Shown: positions 1 to 9,348 of the stretch, one piece after another
Layout of the letters: every line of letters begins with the position of its first letter
Numbering within the stretch: position 1 is the stretch's first letter
Assembly: GCA_031364845.1 (NCBI GenBank)
Contig: JANLWX010000223.1
Coordinates: 1 to 40,832, forward strand
Source of the DNA: Candidatus Eiseniibacteriota bacterium
GTDB taxonomy: Bacteria; Eisenbacteria; RBG-16-71-46
Length of the DNA: 40,832 nucleotides
Direction of reading: 5' to 3'
Program-made: the position numbers and the translations under genes
Notes under the pieces: model-generated
The model's input: the letters and a program-made list of their open reading frames with translations, nothing else
What the model was told of the DNA's origin: nothing
Databases searched by the model: none

Positions 1-369
1 CAGGGCAACTCCACGTTCCTGAATCACTGCACCGACCGCGCGTTCGCGGTGGCTCCCGGAATTTTCTGCTCCGCGGGAACGACGGGAGTGCCTGAGGTTC
101 AGGGCAGGGTGTTCGTGGCCCAGGGTTTCCCCAACCCGTTCCGCAAGAACGTTGCGATCCGGTTCGCGCTGTCGCGCCCGGGCGCGGTCGAAGTCGACAT
201 CTACTCGGCCGACGGCCGCCACGTGAAGCGTCTTGCCAGCGGGCCCTTCGCCGCAGGCGAGCACGTCGTCAATTGGGACACCGGACGCTCGCTGGTGAGC
301 GGTGTGTACTTCTACAAGGTGCGCGCTGCCGGAGAAGAGTCGACCGGGAAGCTGATTCGCACGGAGTAA
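1..369 (+). CDS. Secreted protein, 3' part only, ending in an FlgD-Ig / T9SS type A-like C-terminal domain
   Basis: Frame is open from base 1 to TAA at 367-369. C-terminus GFPNPF...IRFALS...VDIYSADGRHVKRL...GEHVVNWD...SGVYFYKV...GKLI is the typical FlgD_Ig/Por-secretion tail pattern. Confidence 0.8.
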   Translation, partial: QGNSTFLNHCTDRAFAVAPGIFCSAGTTGVPEVQGRVFVAQGFPNPFRKNVAIRFALSRPGAVEVDIYSADGRHVKRLASGPFAAGEHVVNWDTGRSLVSGVYFYKVRAAGEESTGKLIRTE

Positions 370-375
370 CTGCTC

Positions 376-426
376 GAACCCCCGGAGATGGCGCGCCGCG
401 CACGGCGCGCCACTCCGGCGCGGTTC
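376..426 (+). other. Strong intergenic stem-loop without a U-tract (mRNA-stabilising or attenuating hairpin)
   Basis: TGGCGCGCCG (389-398) pairs perfectly with CGGCGCGCCA (403-412), extended by CCGGAG/CTCCGG and GAACC/GGTTC. It lies just after the stop at 369. Confidence 0.5.
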
Positions 427-480
427 AGTCGTCGAACACATCGACCTCGAACACACCTTCCCAGGGATGAGGTAACACAC

Positions 481-3324
481 ATGAGATTCCGCGACACCGA
501 TACCCGGCGCCTGAGCGCGGGCTTGTTCCCAGTCTTCGCACGCCTTGCAGCGACCCTGCTGTTCATCGCGGTCGCCACGGTGAGCATCGCCACCGCCGCC
601 ACTGTTCGCGGCAAGGTCATGGCTTCCGACACGGGCGAGTCGATGGCGTTCGCCGACGTTCTGCTCATTCCCGCCGATTCGACCGCGCGCAGAATCGGCG
701 GTGTCACGAACGCGGACGGCACCTTCGCCCTCGAAGCCCCCGCGGGAACCTACACACTCCAGATCCGCGCGCTCTCGTACGCGACCCACCGCATGACACG
801 CTTCGTCGTCGGCAACGCGGCGCCGAATCCGATCACGATCAGCCTCGAGTCCGATGCGATCGTCCAACAGGAGGTCGTGGTCGAGGCGCAGTCGATCCAG
901 AACAACGAGAAGGCGCTGCTCGCCCAGCGTCGCAAGGCCTCGACCGTCGGCGACGCCGTGAGCGCAGAGCAGATGCGCAAGGCGCCCGACCGCGATGCCG
1001 CCGACGTGCTGCGCCGCGTAACCGGCCTGTCGGTGTCCGAGGGCAAGTTCGTGTTCGTGCGGGGCCTGGGTGAACGCTACAGTTCGACCGAAGTCGACGG
1101 CGTGCGGCTCGTGAGTCCCGAGCAGAACAAGCGCGTGGTTCCGCTCGATCTGCTGCCCGCGAACCTGCTCGACAACGTGGTCATTCAGAAGACGTACAGC
1201 GCGGATCGCCCGGCGGAGTTCGGCGGCGGTGACGTGCAGGTTCATACGCGCGACTTTCCGAGCAAGATGACCTTCCAGCTCTCGGCTTCGCAGGGCTATG
1301 AATCCGGGGCGACGTTCGAGAATTTGCCGGGCTACCTCGGAAGCAACAAGGACCGCTTCGGCATGGGATCCGACTTCCGCGACCTGTCGAACATGGTGCA
1401 GTCGATCGCCGGACATCGAAAGCTCACCCCGCGCGGTGTGGATCCCACGCAGGGGATTCCGCTCGACACGCTGGCGATGCTCGGAAAGTCGTTCCGCAAC
1501 ATCTGGAGCACGAATCTCGGCCGCGTGTTGCCCAACGGCTCGCTGTTCCAGACGTTCGGGAACGAATGGAAGCTGTTCGGCCGCCCGCTCGGCCTGGTGC
1601 AGTCGGCGACCTACAGCCACTCGGTGAGCCACCGCGAAGAAAAGAAGCGCTTCTTCCAGAGCTACGTCAACGAATACGACTACCTCTACGATCGCACCAC
1701 CGAGAGCGTTCAATTGGGCGGGCTCGGCGCGCTGAGCTACCGGCTGTCGCCGGGGAACTCGGTGCACTTGCGCACGATGTACACCCGCGGAGCGGACGAC
1801 GAGACACGGCTTGCGACCGGGTACAACAATCAGATCCGCGACAACATCCGCAGCACGCGGCTCACGTACGTCGAGCGTTCGATCTTCACCGGGGGCGTCG
1901 AAGGCCGTCATGAGCTGCCGGCGGTGCTGCGCTCGAAGGTTGAGTGGAAGCTGAACCGGTCCGCGAGTTCGCGACTTCAGCCGGACCGGCGTGAGAGTTC
2001 ATATCAGCGGTTCACGTATGTCGACGACAACGAGGTGCTCCAGGAACAGTGGTCGTTGAGCCCATCGGTCGGCGGCGGCGCGACTCGCGAATACGGTGAC
2101 CAGAAAGATCACGGCTGGGGCTTCAACACCAAGTGGTCGGTTCCGGTTGCCTACGGCCCGCTCGGCAAGGGCCGATTGGATGCGGGTTTCGATCATCAGG
2201 CAAAGGACCGCGACTCGTTCTATCGGCGTCTGGGTTTCCGTCCGCCGCAGGGCCAGGGCGAAGCACCGCCGGAGTCGCTGTTCCAGGAATCGAACTGGCA
2301 GCCGAACGCGCAGGGCGCGCAGGTGCGCGACCTGACGTTCGACGACGACAACTACGAAGGCAATCAGCGTCAGACCGCCGGCTTCGTGAGCGGAGAAGTG
2401 CCGTTCGGCTCACGAGTGCGCAGCGTACTCGGCGTGCGTGTCGAGCACGGCACTCAGCGTGTGCGCAGTTTCGATCTGTTCGACCCGGCGCGCACCACAG
2501 CGCTCGGCGAGATCGACGACGTCGACTGGCTGCCGGCGGCGAACGTGACTTGGGCGATTACCGACCGCTCCAATCTGAGGCTGGCGGCGAGCCGCACTCT
2601 GTCGCGCCCCGACCTGCGGGAGTTCTCGCCTTCCAAGTCGATCGACGATCCCGGCGGCTTCCGCCTCTCGGGCAATCCTGATCTCAAGCGCGCGCGGCTC
2701 GACAACTACGACGTGCGGCTCGAAACGTTCCCGGCGATCGCCGAAGTCGTGGCGATCGGCGCGTTCTATAAGAAGATCTACGATCCGATCGAGACCGCGA
2801 TCCGTCCGGGCGACCAGCCGTTCTTCGAGCCGGTGAATTCCAAATCCGGCCGCAACCTCGGGCTCGAGGTCGAGTCGCGCACGTCGCTGGGCCGCTTTTG
2901 GAAGCCGCTCGCGGCCTTCTTTCTCAATGCCAACTTCACGGTCATCGCCTCGCGTGTGGAGTTGCCACAATTCGCGACCGTGCTCGGTGGCTCCGAGCAT
3001 CCGCTCGCGGGACAGGCCGCACATCTGGTGAACGCGTCGCTGAGCTGGACCAGCCCGCGTGGTGGAGCCGATGCCGCCGTGCTCTTCAGCCGCACGGGCA
3101 CCCGGCTCACCACGCTCGGAATCCTTCAGCCGGATATCTACGAGGCGCCGGTCAGCACGCTCGATGCCTCGGTCAATTGGACCGTCCTCCCGTCGCTGCG
3201 CATGAAGCTCACGGGCAAGGGACTGCTCCGCGAAGTGCACCGCACGACGCAAGGCGAATTCGAAATCACGAAGTACGAGGAGCCGAGCGCCTATTCGATC
3301 GGCTTCACCTACTCACCTCTGTGA
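481..3324 (+). CDS. TonB-dependent receptor with N-terminal carboxypeptidase-regulatory-like domain
   Basis: ATG at 481 after GAGGT; signal peptide; VRGKV...TNADGTFAL domain; plug motif DAADVLRRVTGLSV...VFVRGLGERYS; barrel motifs LPAANVTW, SRTLSRPDLRE, GNPDLK. Confidence 0.9.
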   Translation: MRFRDTDTRRLSAGLFPVFARLAATLLFIAVATVSIATAATVRGKVMASDTGESMAFADVLLIPADSTARRIGGVTNADGTFALEAPAGTYTLQIRALSYATHRMTRFVVGNAAPNPITISLESDAIVQQEVVVEAQSIQNNEKALLAQRRKASTVGDAVSAEQMRKAPDRDAADVLRRVTGLSVSEGKFVFVRGLGERYSSTEVDGVRLVSPEQNKRVVPLDLLPANLLDNVVIQKTYSADRPAEFGGGDVQVHTRDFPSKMTFQLSASQGYESGATFENLPGYLGSNKDRFGMGSDFRDLSNMVQSIAGHRKLTPRGVDPTQGIPLDTLAMLGKSFRNIWSTNLGRVLPNGSLFQTFGNEWKLFGRPLGLVQSATYSHSVSHREEKKRFFQSYVNEYDYLYDRTTESVQLGGLGALSYRLSPGNSVHLRTMYTRGADDETRLATGYNNQIRDNIRSTRLTYVERSIFTGGVEGRHELPAVLRSKVEWKLNRSASSRLQPDRRESSYQRFTYVDDNEVLQEQWSLSPSVGGGATREYGDQKDHGWGFNTKWSVPVAYGPLGKGRLDAGFDHQAKDRDSFYRRLGFRPPQGQGEAPPESLFQESNWQPNAQGAQVRDLTFDDDNYEGNQRQTAGFVSGEVPFGSRVRSVLGVRVEHGTQRVRSFDLFDPARTTALGEIDDVDWLPAANVTWAITDRSNLRLAASRTLSRPDLREFSPSKSIDDPGGFRLSGNPDLKRARLDNYDVRLETFPAIAEVVAIGAFYKKIYDPIETAIRPGDQPFFEPVNSKSGRNLGLEVESRTSLGRFWKPLAAFFLNANFTVIASRVELPQFATVLGGSEHPLAGQAAHLVNASLSWTSPRGGADAAVLFSRTGTRLTTLGILQPDIYEAPVSTLDASVNWTVLPSLRMKLTGKGLLREVHRTTQGEFEITKYEEPSAYSIGFTYSPL

Positions 3325-3338
3325 GGAAAGACCCCATC

Positions 3339-4028
3339 ATGAATCCGATCCGACACTCCCAGTCGGCAACTTCGATGAGCCCTGTGCCGCGGCACGTGCG
3401 CGTAAGCATCTTCATTGCTTCGCTGGTCTTCGCCTTGGTCGCGGGCCCGGCGGCCGCGGCGGGCCCGAATTCTTCCCCGGCAGGTCCCACCAGCACGGTC
3501 AATCCGATGCTCAAGGCATCTCCCGGATACCACCCGCCCGCCGATCCCGAATCGATGTCGGTCGTGATCGGGCGCCGAACCAATGCCCCGGCGGTGAAGG
3601 CTTTGTTTCACGGCGGCACGCGCAGTCTCGACGATCTCGGCCGCGCGGTGTGCCGGGCGTTGCACCACTCGGATCGCGACACGCTTCTGAGGTTGTGCGT
3701 CACCGCAGAGGAATTCGAGCGGATCATGTGGCGTGAGTTTCCTCAGAGCCGCCCGGCGACGGGAATTCAGTCCGAAGATGCCTGGCTGCTGCTCGACAAC
3801 CGCAATACCGGTGGTGTTTCGCGCGCACTTCAGGATCACGCGGGCCGTCATGTGCGGTTCGTGCGATGGGAGCGCGCGAAGGTCGCCACCGCCTATCGAA
3901 ATTTCCGTCTCCACGAGGGGTTGACTCTCGTGGCGCTGAACGACGAAGGCATCGAGGAGCGGCTGGACATGGTCCGCGCGGTCGCGGAACGCCGCGGCGT
4001 GTTCAAGCTCTACAGCATGAAGGACTGA
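3339..4028 (+). CDS. Hypothetical exported protein
   Basis: ATG 14 nt after the receptor stop with AGGA upstream; hydrophobic signal IFIASLVFALVAGPAAA; host-like codon usage; no recognisable domain. The ORF-track start at 2898 is an overlap artefact. Confidence 0.7.
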   Translation: MNPIRHSQSATSMSPVPRHVRVSIFIASLVFALVAGPAAAAGPNSSPAGPTSTVNPMLKASPGYHPPADPESMSVVIGRRTNAPAVKALFHGGTRSLDDLGRAVCRALHHSDRDTLLRLCVTAEEFERIMWREFPQSRPATGIQSEDAWLLLDNRNTGGVSRALQDHAGRHVRFVRWERAKVATAYRNFRLHEGLTLVALNDEGIEERLDMVRAVAERRGVFKLYSMKD

Positions 4029-4327
4029 GATTCCCGAGTTCCGGCGCGCCACTGCCCGGACTCGGAGATTGCAAATGGCAACGATGCTCTCTGTCGGGGT
4101 TCGGCGTTGAGACCGCCGAAGGGAGACCCGCGGAGGCATCGGGGGCGTCCTGCAAGGCGTCCCGAGGGAAGCCCCCGGGCTAAGCAGTCGGACTCCCAGC
4201 TTTCAGCGACGATCTTGTCGACTGGGAACCGGCTCGACGCCCACATTTTGGGCTGCGGCGCTGGCCGCGGTGCTGGAAGTCACGGGGGCGGAACGAGGGA
4301 TGTCGGGCGGTGACGCCCCGGCCATTT

Positions 4328-4382
4328 GTTACACGGCGTTAACAAGGCTTTCAACGCCGCGACATCGACCTGCCGATACATT
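4328..4382 (+). promoter_or_regulatory. Putative Pho box (11-bp-period direct repeats) with a candidate -10 element
   Basis: GTTACACGGCG / TTAACAAGGCT / TTCAACGCCGC start at 4328, 4339 and 4350, forming an AT-rich island in GC-rich DNA. TACATT at 4377-4382. Directly upstream of porin-pstS-pstS-pstCAB-phoU. Confidence 0.55.
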
Positions 4383-4459
4383 GATGACCGTCTCAAAACA
4401 CCGGGACCGGTCTCTCGCCGGTCTTGGACATACATGGGCTCCCTTCCCCAGAGGTCTCG

Positions 4460-5704
4460 ATGAATTCGTCCAAACTGCGTGGCAGTATCGCCGCCGTTTG
4501 CGCGGCTGCGTGTTTCGTCCTGCCAGCATGGTCGCAGGATTCGGAAACACCGGCCGCCGAAGCAACCCCCGCCGAACTCTCCGCGCGGCTCGAGAGCATG
4601 AACGAGCAGATGCAGACGGTTCAGGCCGACGTCGACAAGATGAAGAAGTTCAAGTTCTCGGGCTACGCCCAAGTGCGCTGGGAGCACGGCGAGGATCAAA
4701 GCGACTCGGTCCGTGTGAGCGGTGGAACCGTCTCCCCCGCGAACAAGGAACGCTTCTACATCCGCCGCGCGCGCCTCAAGATGACCTACGACTCGAGTCC
4801 GCTGAGCCAGGCGGTGGTCTACTTCGACGGCGGCCAGGATCGCACGATCCGTCTGCTCGAAGCGTACGTGACGCTGCTCGATCCGTGGACTCCCGACCAT
4901 CGCCACGGTCTGACCGCCGGCCAGTTCAACGTTCCCTTCGGATACGAACTCGAGCGCAGTTCGAGCGTGCGCGAACTTCCGGAACGGTCCCGCGCCGAGA
5001 ACACGCTGTTCAGCGGCGAGCGCGATCGCGGGCTCAAGCTGGTGAGCCAGTGGACGCCGAAGTTCGAAACGGTCGTGAGCGTGCTCAATGGCGGCGGGGT
5101 CAACAGCACCAACTACCCGACCACCGATCCCACGAGCAGCAAGGACTTAACCGCTCGCGCCCGCTACTCGCAAGGCACGATCGACGGCGCGGTGTCGTAC
5201 TACACCGGTAAGGAAATCACGCCGCTCACCGGGCCCGACGTCTCGACCGACAAGACGCGCTTCGGCGCCGACGCCCAGTTTTTCTACGCGCTGCCGACCG
5301 TCGGCGGCGGATCTTTGAAGGGCGAGTTTTACAGCGGCAAGAACGTCAACGCCGACTCGCTCCGCGTACTGGTCCCCACGCCGGCTTCCGGCGCCCCCAC
5401 GCTCCTGCGATCGGGTGCCAATTCCGACCACCTGGCGACCGACTTCACGGGCTTCTACGTGATGTGGGTGCAGAACCTCGGCGAGAAGCTCCAGTTCGCC
5501 AGCCGCTACGACGCTTTCGACCCCAATACCGACCTCGATCACGACCAGTACGAGCGCATCGGCCTCGGGCTCAACTGGTTCTGGGACGGCTTCACCCGCA
5601 TCACGGCGGCTTACGACGTGCAGACGACCGACCGGCTGGTCTCGGGCAAATACATCGATCCGAAAGACAACCTCTGGACTGTCCAGTTCCAGCACAAGTT
5701 CTAA
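4460..5704 (+). CDS. Outer-membrane porin, phosphate-selective (OprO/OprP-like)
   Basis: ATG at 4460 after GAGGT; signal peptide AWS; short coiled coil; KFSGYAQVR, FYIRRARLK, AGQFNVPFGYE, ERDRG motifs; C-terminal VQFQHKF; first gene of the pst cluster. Confidence 0.8.
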   Translation: MNSSKLRGSIAAVCAAACFVLPAWSQDSETPAAEATPAELSARLESMNEQMQTVQADVDKMKKFKFSGYAQVRWEHGEDQSDSVRVSGGTVSPANKERFYIRRARLKMTYDSSPLSQAVVYFDGGQDRTIRLLEAYVTLLDPWTPDHRHGLTAGQFNVPFGYELERSSSVRELPERSRAENTLFSGERDRGLKLVSQWTPKFETVVSVLNGGGVNSTNYPTTDPTSSKDLTARARYSQGTIDGAVSYYTGKEITPLTGPDVSTDKTRFGADAQFFYALPTVGGGSLKGEFYSGKNVNADSLRVLVPTPASGAPTLLRSGANSDHLATDFTGFYVMWVQNLGEKLQFASRYDAFDPNTDLDHDQYERIGLGLNWFWDGFTRITAAYDVQTTDRLVSGKYIDPKDNLWTVQFQHKF

Positions 5705-5715
5705 GGAGATTCCCC

Positions 5716-6561
5716 ATGAAATCGATCGTCAATAAGCTTGGAATGCTCGCGGTCCTGGCCGCGATGGCCTCAATCAGCGCCGGCACGGCGCTGGCCGCCC
5801 GCGGGATCTCGGTCAAGGGGTCCGACACGATGGTGATCCTCGGCCAGAGATGGGCCGAAAAGTACATGGAGGCCCACCCGGGCGAAATCATCCAGGTCAC
5901 GGGTGGCGGATCGGGAACCGGAATCGCGGCCCTGATCAACGGCACCACTGACATCTGTCAGTCGTCGCGCCCCATGAAAGAGGATGAAAAACGCAAGCTG
6001 CGGGACAGGTTCCAGACGCTCGGCACGGAGATCGCGGTGGCCCAGGACGGGCTCGCCGTGTATGTGCACGAGTCGTGTCCGATCAAGTCGCTCACGATCG
6101 AACAGCTTCGCTTGATCTACACCGGAAAGATCACGAACTGGAAGGACATCGGCGGCAAGGACGCGCGCATCGTGCTGTACAGCCGCGAGAACAGCTCGGG
6201 GACCTACGTGTATTTCAAAGACCATGTCCTCAAGGGTCAGGATTACAGCGCCGCGTGTCAGAATCTGCCGGGAACGGCGGCGGTCGTGAATGCCGTCTCG
6301 AAGGATCCCAACGGTATCGGCTATGGTGGCGCCGCGTATGCCAAGGGCATCAAGGAAGTGGCGGTGGCCAAGGACGCGAAAACGGCTTCGGTGCTTCCGA
6401 CGCCCGCGACGATCAAGGACGGCAGCTATCCGATCACGCGGAATCTGTACTTCTATACCCGCACCAAGCCGGCCGGCAAGGTGAAGGGTTTCGTCGACTG
6501 GGTTCTTTCGAACGAGGGACAAAATGTGGTCACAGCGGTCGGGTACTTCCCGGTCCGCTGA
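5716..6561 (+). CDS. pstS: Phosphate ABC transporter substrate-binding protein (soluble periplasmic form)
   Basis: AAGGAG RBS; Sec signal ending ALA; KGSDTM, GGGSGTGIAAL, SSRPMK, RENSSGT, YPITRNLYFY motifs. Confidence 0.93.
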   Translation: MKSIVNKLGMLAVLAAMASISAGTALAARGISVKGSDTMVILGQRWAEKYMEAHPGEIIQVTGGGSGTGIAALINGTTDICQSSRPMKEDEKRKLRDRFQTLGTEIAVAQDGLAVYVHESCPIKSLTIEQLRLIYTGKITNWKDIGGKDARIVLYSRENSSGTYVYFKDHVLKGQDYSAACQNLPGTAAVVNAVSKDPNGIGYGGAAYAKGIKEVAVAKDAKTASVLPTPATIKDGSYPITRNLYFYTRTKPAGKVKGFVDWVLSNEGQNVVTAVGYFPVR

Positions 6562-6577
6562 CCACCGGGAGGTCTTT

Positions 6578-7426
6578 ATGCTGCGGATGCGTATCGGGAT
6601 GTACGCCCTCGGAATCCTGACGGTGATCGGTCTCGCGCAGTGCGCCGGCCGATCAGCCCGTCAGGAAGCCATCAGCATCAAGGGTTCGGACACGATGGTG
6701 CTGCTGGGACAACGGTGGGCGGAACGTTACATGGCAGTGCATCAGGGTGCCGTGATCCAGGTGACGGGCGGAGGCTCAGGCACCGGAATCGCGGCACTTA
6801 TCAACGGCACCACCGACATCTGCCAGTCCTCCCGTCCGATGAAGGACAAGGAGCGAGCGCAGATCCAGGAGAAGTTCGGAGCGCCACCTCACGAGATCGT
6901 GGTCGCCAAGGATGGGCTGTCGATTTATGTGCACGAATCGAATCCCTTGCGCGAGCTGACGATCGACCAGATCAAAGGCGTGTATTCGGGAGCGACCACC
7001 AACTGGAGCCAGCTCGGCGGACCGGACGCCACAATCACCGTCTATGGCCGCGAGAACAGCTCCGGAACCTACGAGTACTTCAAGGAGCACGTGCTGGGTG
7101 GCGGAGATTTCGCCGCGGCGGTTCAGACACTTCCGGGCACCGCGGCGGTGGTGAACGCCGTCTCGCAAGATTCGAAGGGGATCGGCTATGGCGGCGCGGC
7201 GTACGCAAAGGGTGTTCGCGAGGTCGGTGTGAAGAAGACGGAGGCCGACTCCGCGATCCTGCCGACCGCCGGCACGGTCAAGGACGGGTCCTACCCCATT
7301 TCGCGCGATCTGTACTTCTACACTCGCAAAGCGCCCGAAGGCGGCATGAAAGAGTTCGTCGATTTCGCGCTCTCGGATTCCGGCCAGGCCGTGGTCATTG
7401 AAGTCGGGTACTTCCCCGCTCGATGA
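6578..7426 (+). CDS. pstS: Phosphate ABC transporter substrate-binding protein, second copy (probable lipoprotein)
   Basis: GGAGG RBS; lipobox-like LAQC; the same PstS motifs as the upstream copy. Confidence 0.92.
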   Translation: MLRMRIGMYALGILTVIGLAQCAGRSARQEAISIKGSDTMVLLGQRWAERYMAVHQGAVIQVTGGGSGTGIAALINGTTDICQSSRPMKDKERAQIQEKFGAPPHEIVVAKDGLSIYVHESNPLRELTIDQIKGVYSGATTNWSQLGGPDATITVYGRENSSGTYEYFKEHVLGGGDFAAAVQTLPGTAAVVNAVSQDSKGIGYGGAAYAKGVREVGVKKTEADSAILPTAGTVKDGSYPISRDLYFYTRKAPEGGMKEFVDFALSDSGQAVVIEVGYFPAR

Positions 7427-8391
7427 CCCTCGGCACAGCTCATGTGCAATCGGTCCGCTCGCGACCAGTGCCGCGATCCGGGCACCGCAGTCGCCAGCGC
7501 GCGCGCGAGGCCATCATCGGCGTGGCCCTGCGCGCGTGCGCGTTCGCGGCGATCGCCGGACTCGTGCTCATCATGCTCTTCGTGTTCCGAGGGGCGCTGC
7601 CGGTGCTGTTCGACGCCGAGACGATGCGTGAAGCGAACCTCACGAAGTTCACCGAGACCTGGATGTGGCAGCCGGTCGGGGATGTGCCCAAGTATGGCCT
7701 GATGCCACTGGTGATCGGCACACTCAAAGTCGTGATCGTCGCGATGATTTTCGCCGTGCCGGTCTCCGTGCTCGCTGCGATCTACGCTTCGGAATTCGCT
7801 CCCTCCCGCGTGCGCGAGTCGCTCAAGCCTGTGATCGAGATCCTCGCCGGAATCCCCTCGGTCGTGCTCGGCTTCTTTGCGCTGATCGTCATGGCGTCAT
7901 GGTTGCAGAGCGTGACCGGATCCTCCTCGCGGTTGAACGCCCTCAACGCCGGCCTGGCGCTCGGACTCGGCATCATTCCGGTGGTATTCACTGTGTGTGA
8001 GGACGCGTTGCGCGCCGTGCCGCGCTCCTACCGGGAAGCTTCACTCGCGCTCGGAGCATCGCGCTGGCAAACCGCCTGGAACGTTACGCTGCCCGCGGCC
8101 TCGGCCGGTGTGGCGGCTGGCATCCTGCTCGGACTTGCGCGGGCCGTCGGCGAGACGATGATCGTGCTGATGGCATCCGGCAACGCTGCTCTCGTTTCGG
8201 CGAGTGCCTTCGACTCGGTTCGCACGCTGTCGGCGAGCATCGCGGCCGAGCTCGCTGAAGTCGTCGTTGGCAGCCCGCACTACTCCGTCCTGTTCTTCCT
8301 CGGGTCGATGCTGTTCGTGACGACGTTCGTGATCAACGTCGCCGCCGGAATATTCGTCGACCGGTTGCGCCGCCGCCTGAGGGGCGCGTGA
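7423..8391 (+). CDS. pstC: Phosphate ABC transporter permease PstC
   Basis: PLVIGTL, IEILAGIPSVVLGFF, EASLALGASRWQT, ARAVGETMIVLM; ATGA overlap with the pstS stop. Confidence 0.93.
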   Translation: MTLGTAHVQSVRSRPVPRSGHRSRQRAREAIIGVALRACAFAAIAGLVLIMLFVFRGALPVLFDAETMREANLTKFTETWMWQPVGDVPKYGLMPLVIGTLKVVIVAMIFAVPVSVLAAIYASEFAPSRVRESLKPVIEILAGIPSVVLGFFALIVMASWLQSVTGSSSRLNALNAGLALGLGIIPVVFTVCEDALRAVPRSYREASLALGASRWQTAWNVTLPAASAGVAAGILLGLARAVGETMIVLMASGNAALVSASAFDSVRTLSASIAAELAEVVVGSPHYSVLFFLGSMLFVTTFVINVAAGIFVDRLRRRLRGA

Positions 8392-9347
8392 CGTCCTCGA
8401 CGTTCGCCGCCGGAGCCGCGCGCATCATGCGTCCGTTGCTGAAGTCCAACCGCCGCGACGTGGCCGGCACCGCCTTGAGCGGCGTCTCGGCACTTGCGGC
8501 CGGCATCATCGTGCTCATGGTCGCGATCATCATGGGCAACATCATCTTCTTCGGCTGGCGCACCGTGACGTGGGAATTTCTCTCCGCCGCGCCCCGCGAG
8601 GGCATGACCGCAGGCGGCATCTTCCCCGCGATCTTCGGCACCACCGCGCTCGTCGTGCTGATGGTCGTCGCGTTGATTCCGTTCGGCGTCGGAGCCGCCA
8701 TCTATCTGCACGAATACGCCCGGCCGACCTCGCGTTTCACGCGGCTCGTGCGCTTCTCGGTGAACAATCTCGCGGGAGTTCCCAGCATCGTGTTCGGACT
8801 GTTCGGGCTGGGATTTTTCATTCAGTTCCTCGGCCACAACATGGACCGGGCCATGGGGCTCGATATGGTGTGGGGACAGCCGTCGCTGATGTGGGCCGCG
8901 CTCACCCTCGCCATGCTCAATCTCCCGGTGGTGATCGTGACCACGGAAGAAGCGTTGAGCGCGGTGCCGAACGACATGCGCGAAGCCGCACTCGCGCTGG
9001 GGGCCACGCGCTGGCAGACGATCCGGAACGTGCTGCTCCCGCAGGCCATGCCCGGAATCCTGACCGGGGCGATCCTCTCGGTGTCGAGGGGTGCGGGCGA
9101 GGTGGCGCCCATCATGTTCACCGGCGCCGCGTATTTTCTGCCGTACCTTCCGACCTTGCCGACCGATCAATTCATGGAGCTCGGCTACCACGTATTCGTA
9201 CTGGCGACACAGTCCACAGACGTGGACGCGACCCGGCCCCTGCTGTACGGTACCGTGCTGACGTTGCTGTTGCTGACCTTCGCGCTCAACCTGTCCGCCA
9301 TCGCTTTGCGGTCGCGGCTGCGGGCGCAGCTCGCTGGAAGATCCTGA
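8388..9347 (+). CDS. pstA: Phosphate ABC transporter permease PstA
   Basis: [59 protein letters not shown] overlap with the pstC stop. Confidence 0.93.
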   Translation: MTSSTFAAGAARIMRPLLKSNRRDVAGTALSGVSALAAGIIVLMVAIIMGNIIFFGWRTVTWEFLSAAPREGMTAGGIFPAIFGTTALVVLMVVALIPFGVGAAIYLHEYARPTSRFTRLVRFSVNNLAGVPSIVFGLFGLGFFIQFLGHNMDRAMGLDMVWGQPSLMWAALTLAMLNLPVVIVTTEEALSAVPNDMREAALALGATRWQTIRNVLLPQAMPGILTGAILSVSRGAGEVAPIMFTGAAYFLPYLPTLPTDQFMELGYHVFVLATQSTDVDATRPLLYGTVLTLLLLTFALNLSAIALRSRLRAQLAGRS

Positions 9348-9348
9348 G

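Noticed and set aside
432..455. TCGAACACA direct repeat before the TonB receptor as a second Pho box
   Set aside because: The period is 15 bp, not 11, and no -10 element is evident.
2898..3338. Long N-terminal extensions in the ORF track (2898, 5464, 9882, 11842, 14531, 30213) suggesting fusions
   Set aside because: The extensions overlap upstream genes in another frame; better starts with RBS or stop-start overlaps lie downstream.
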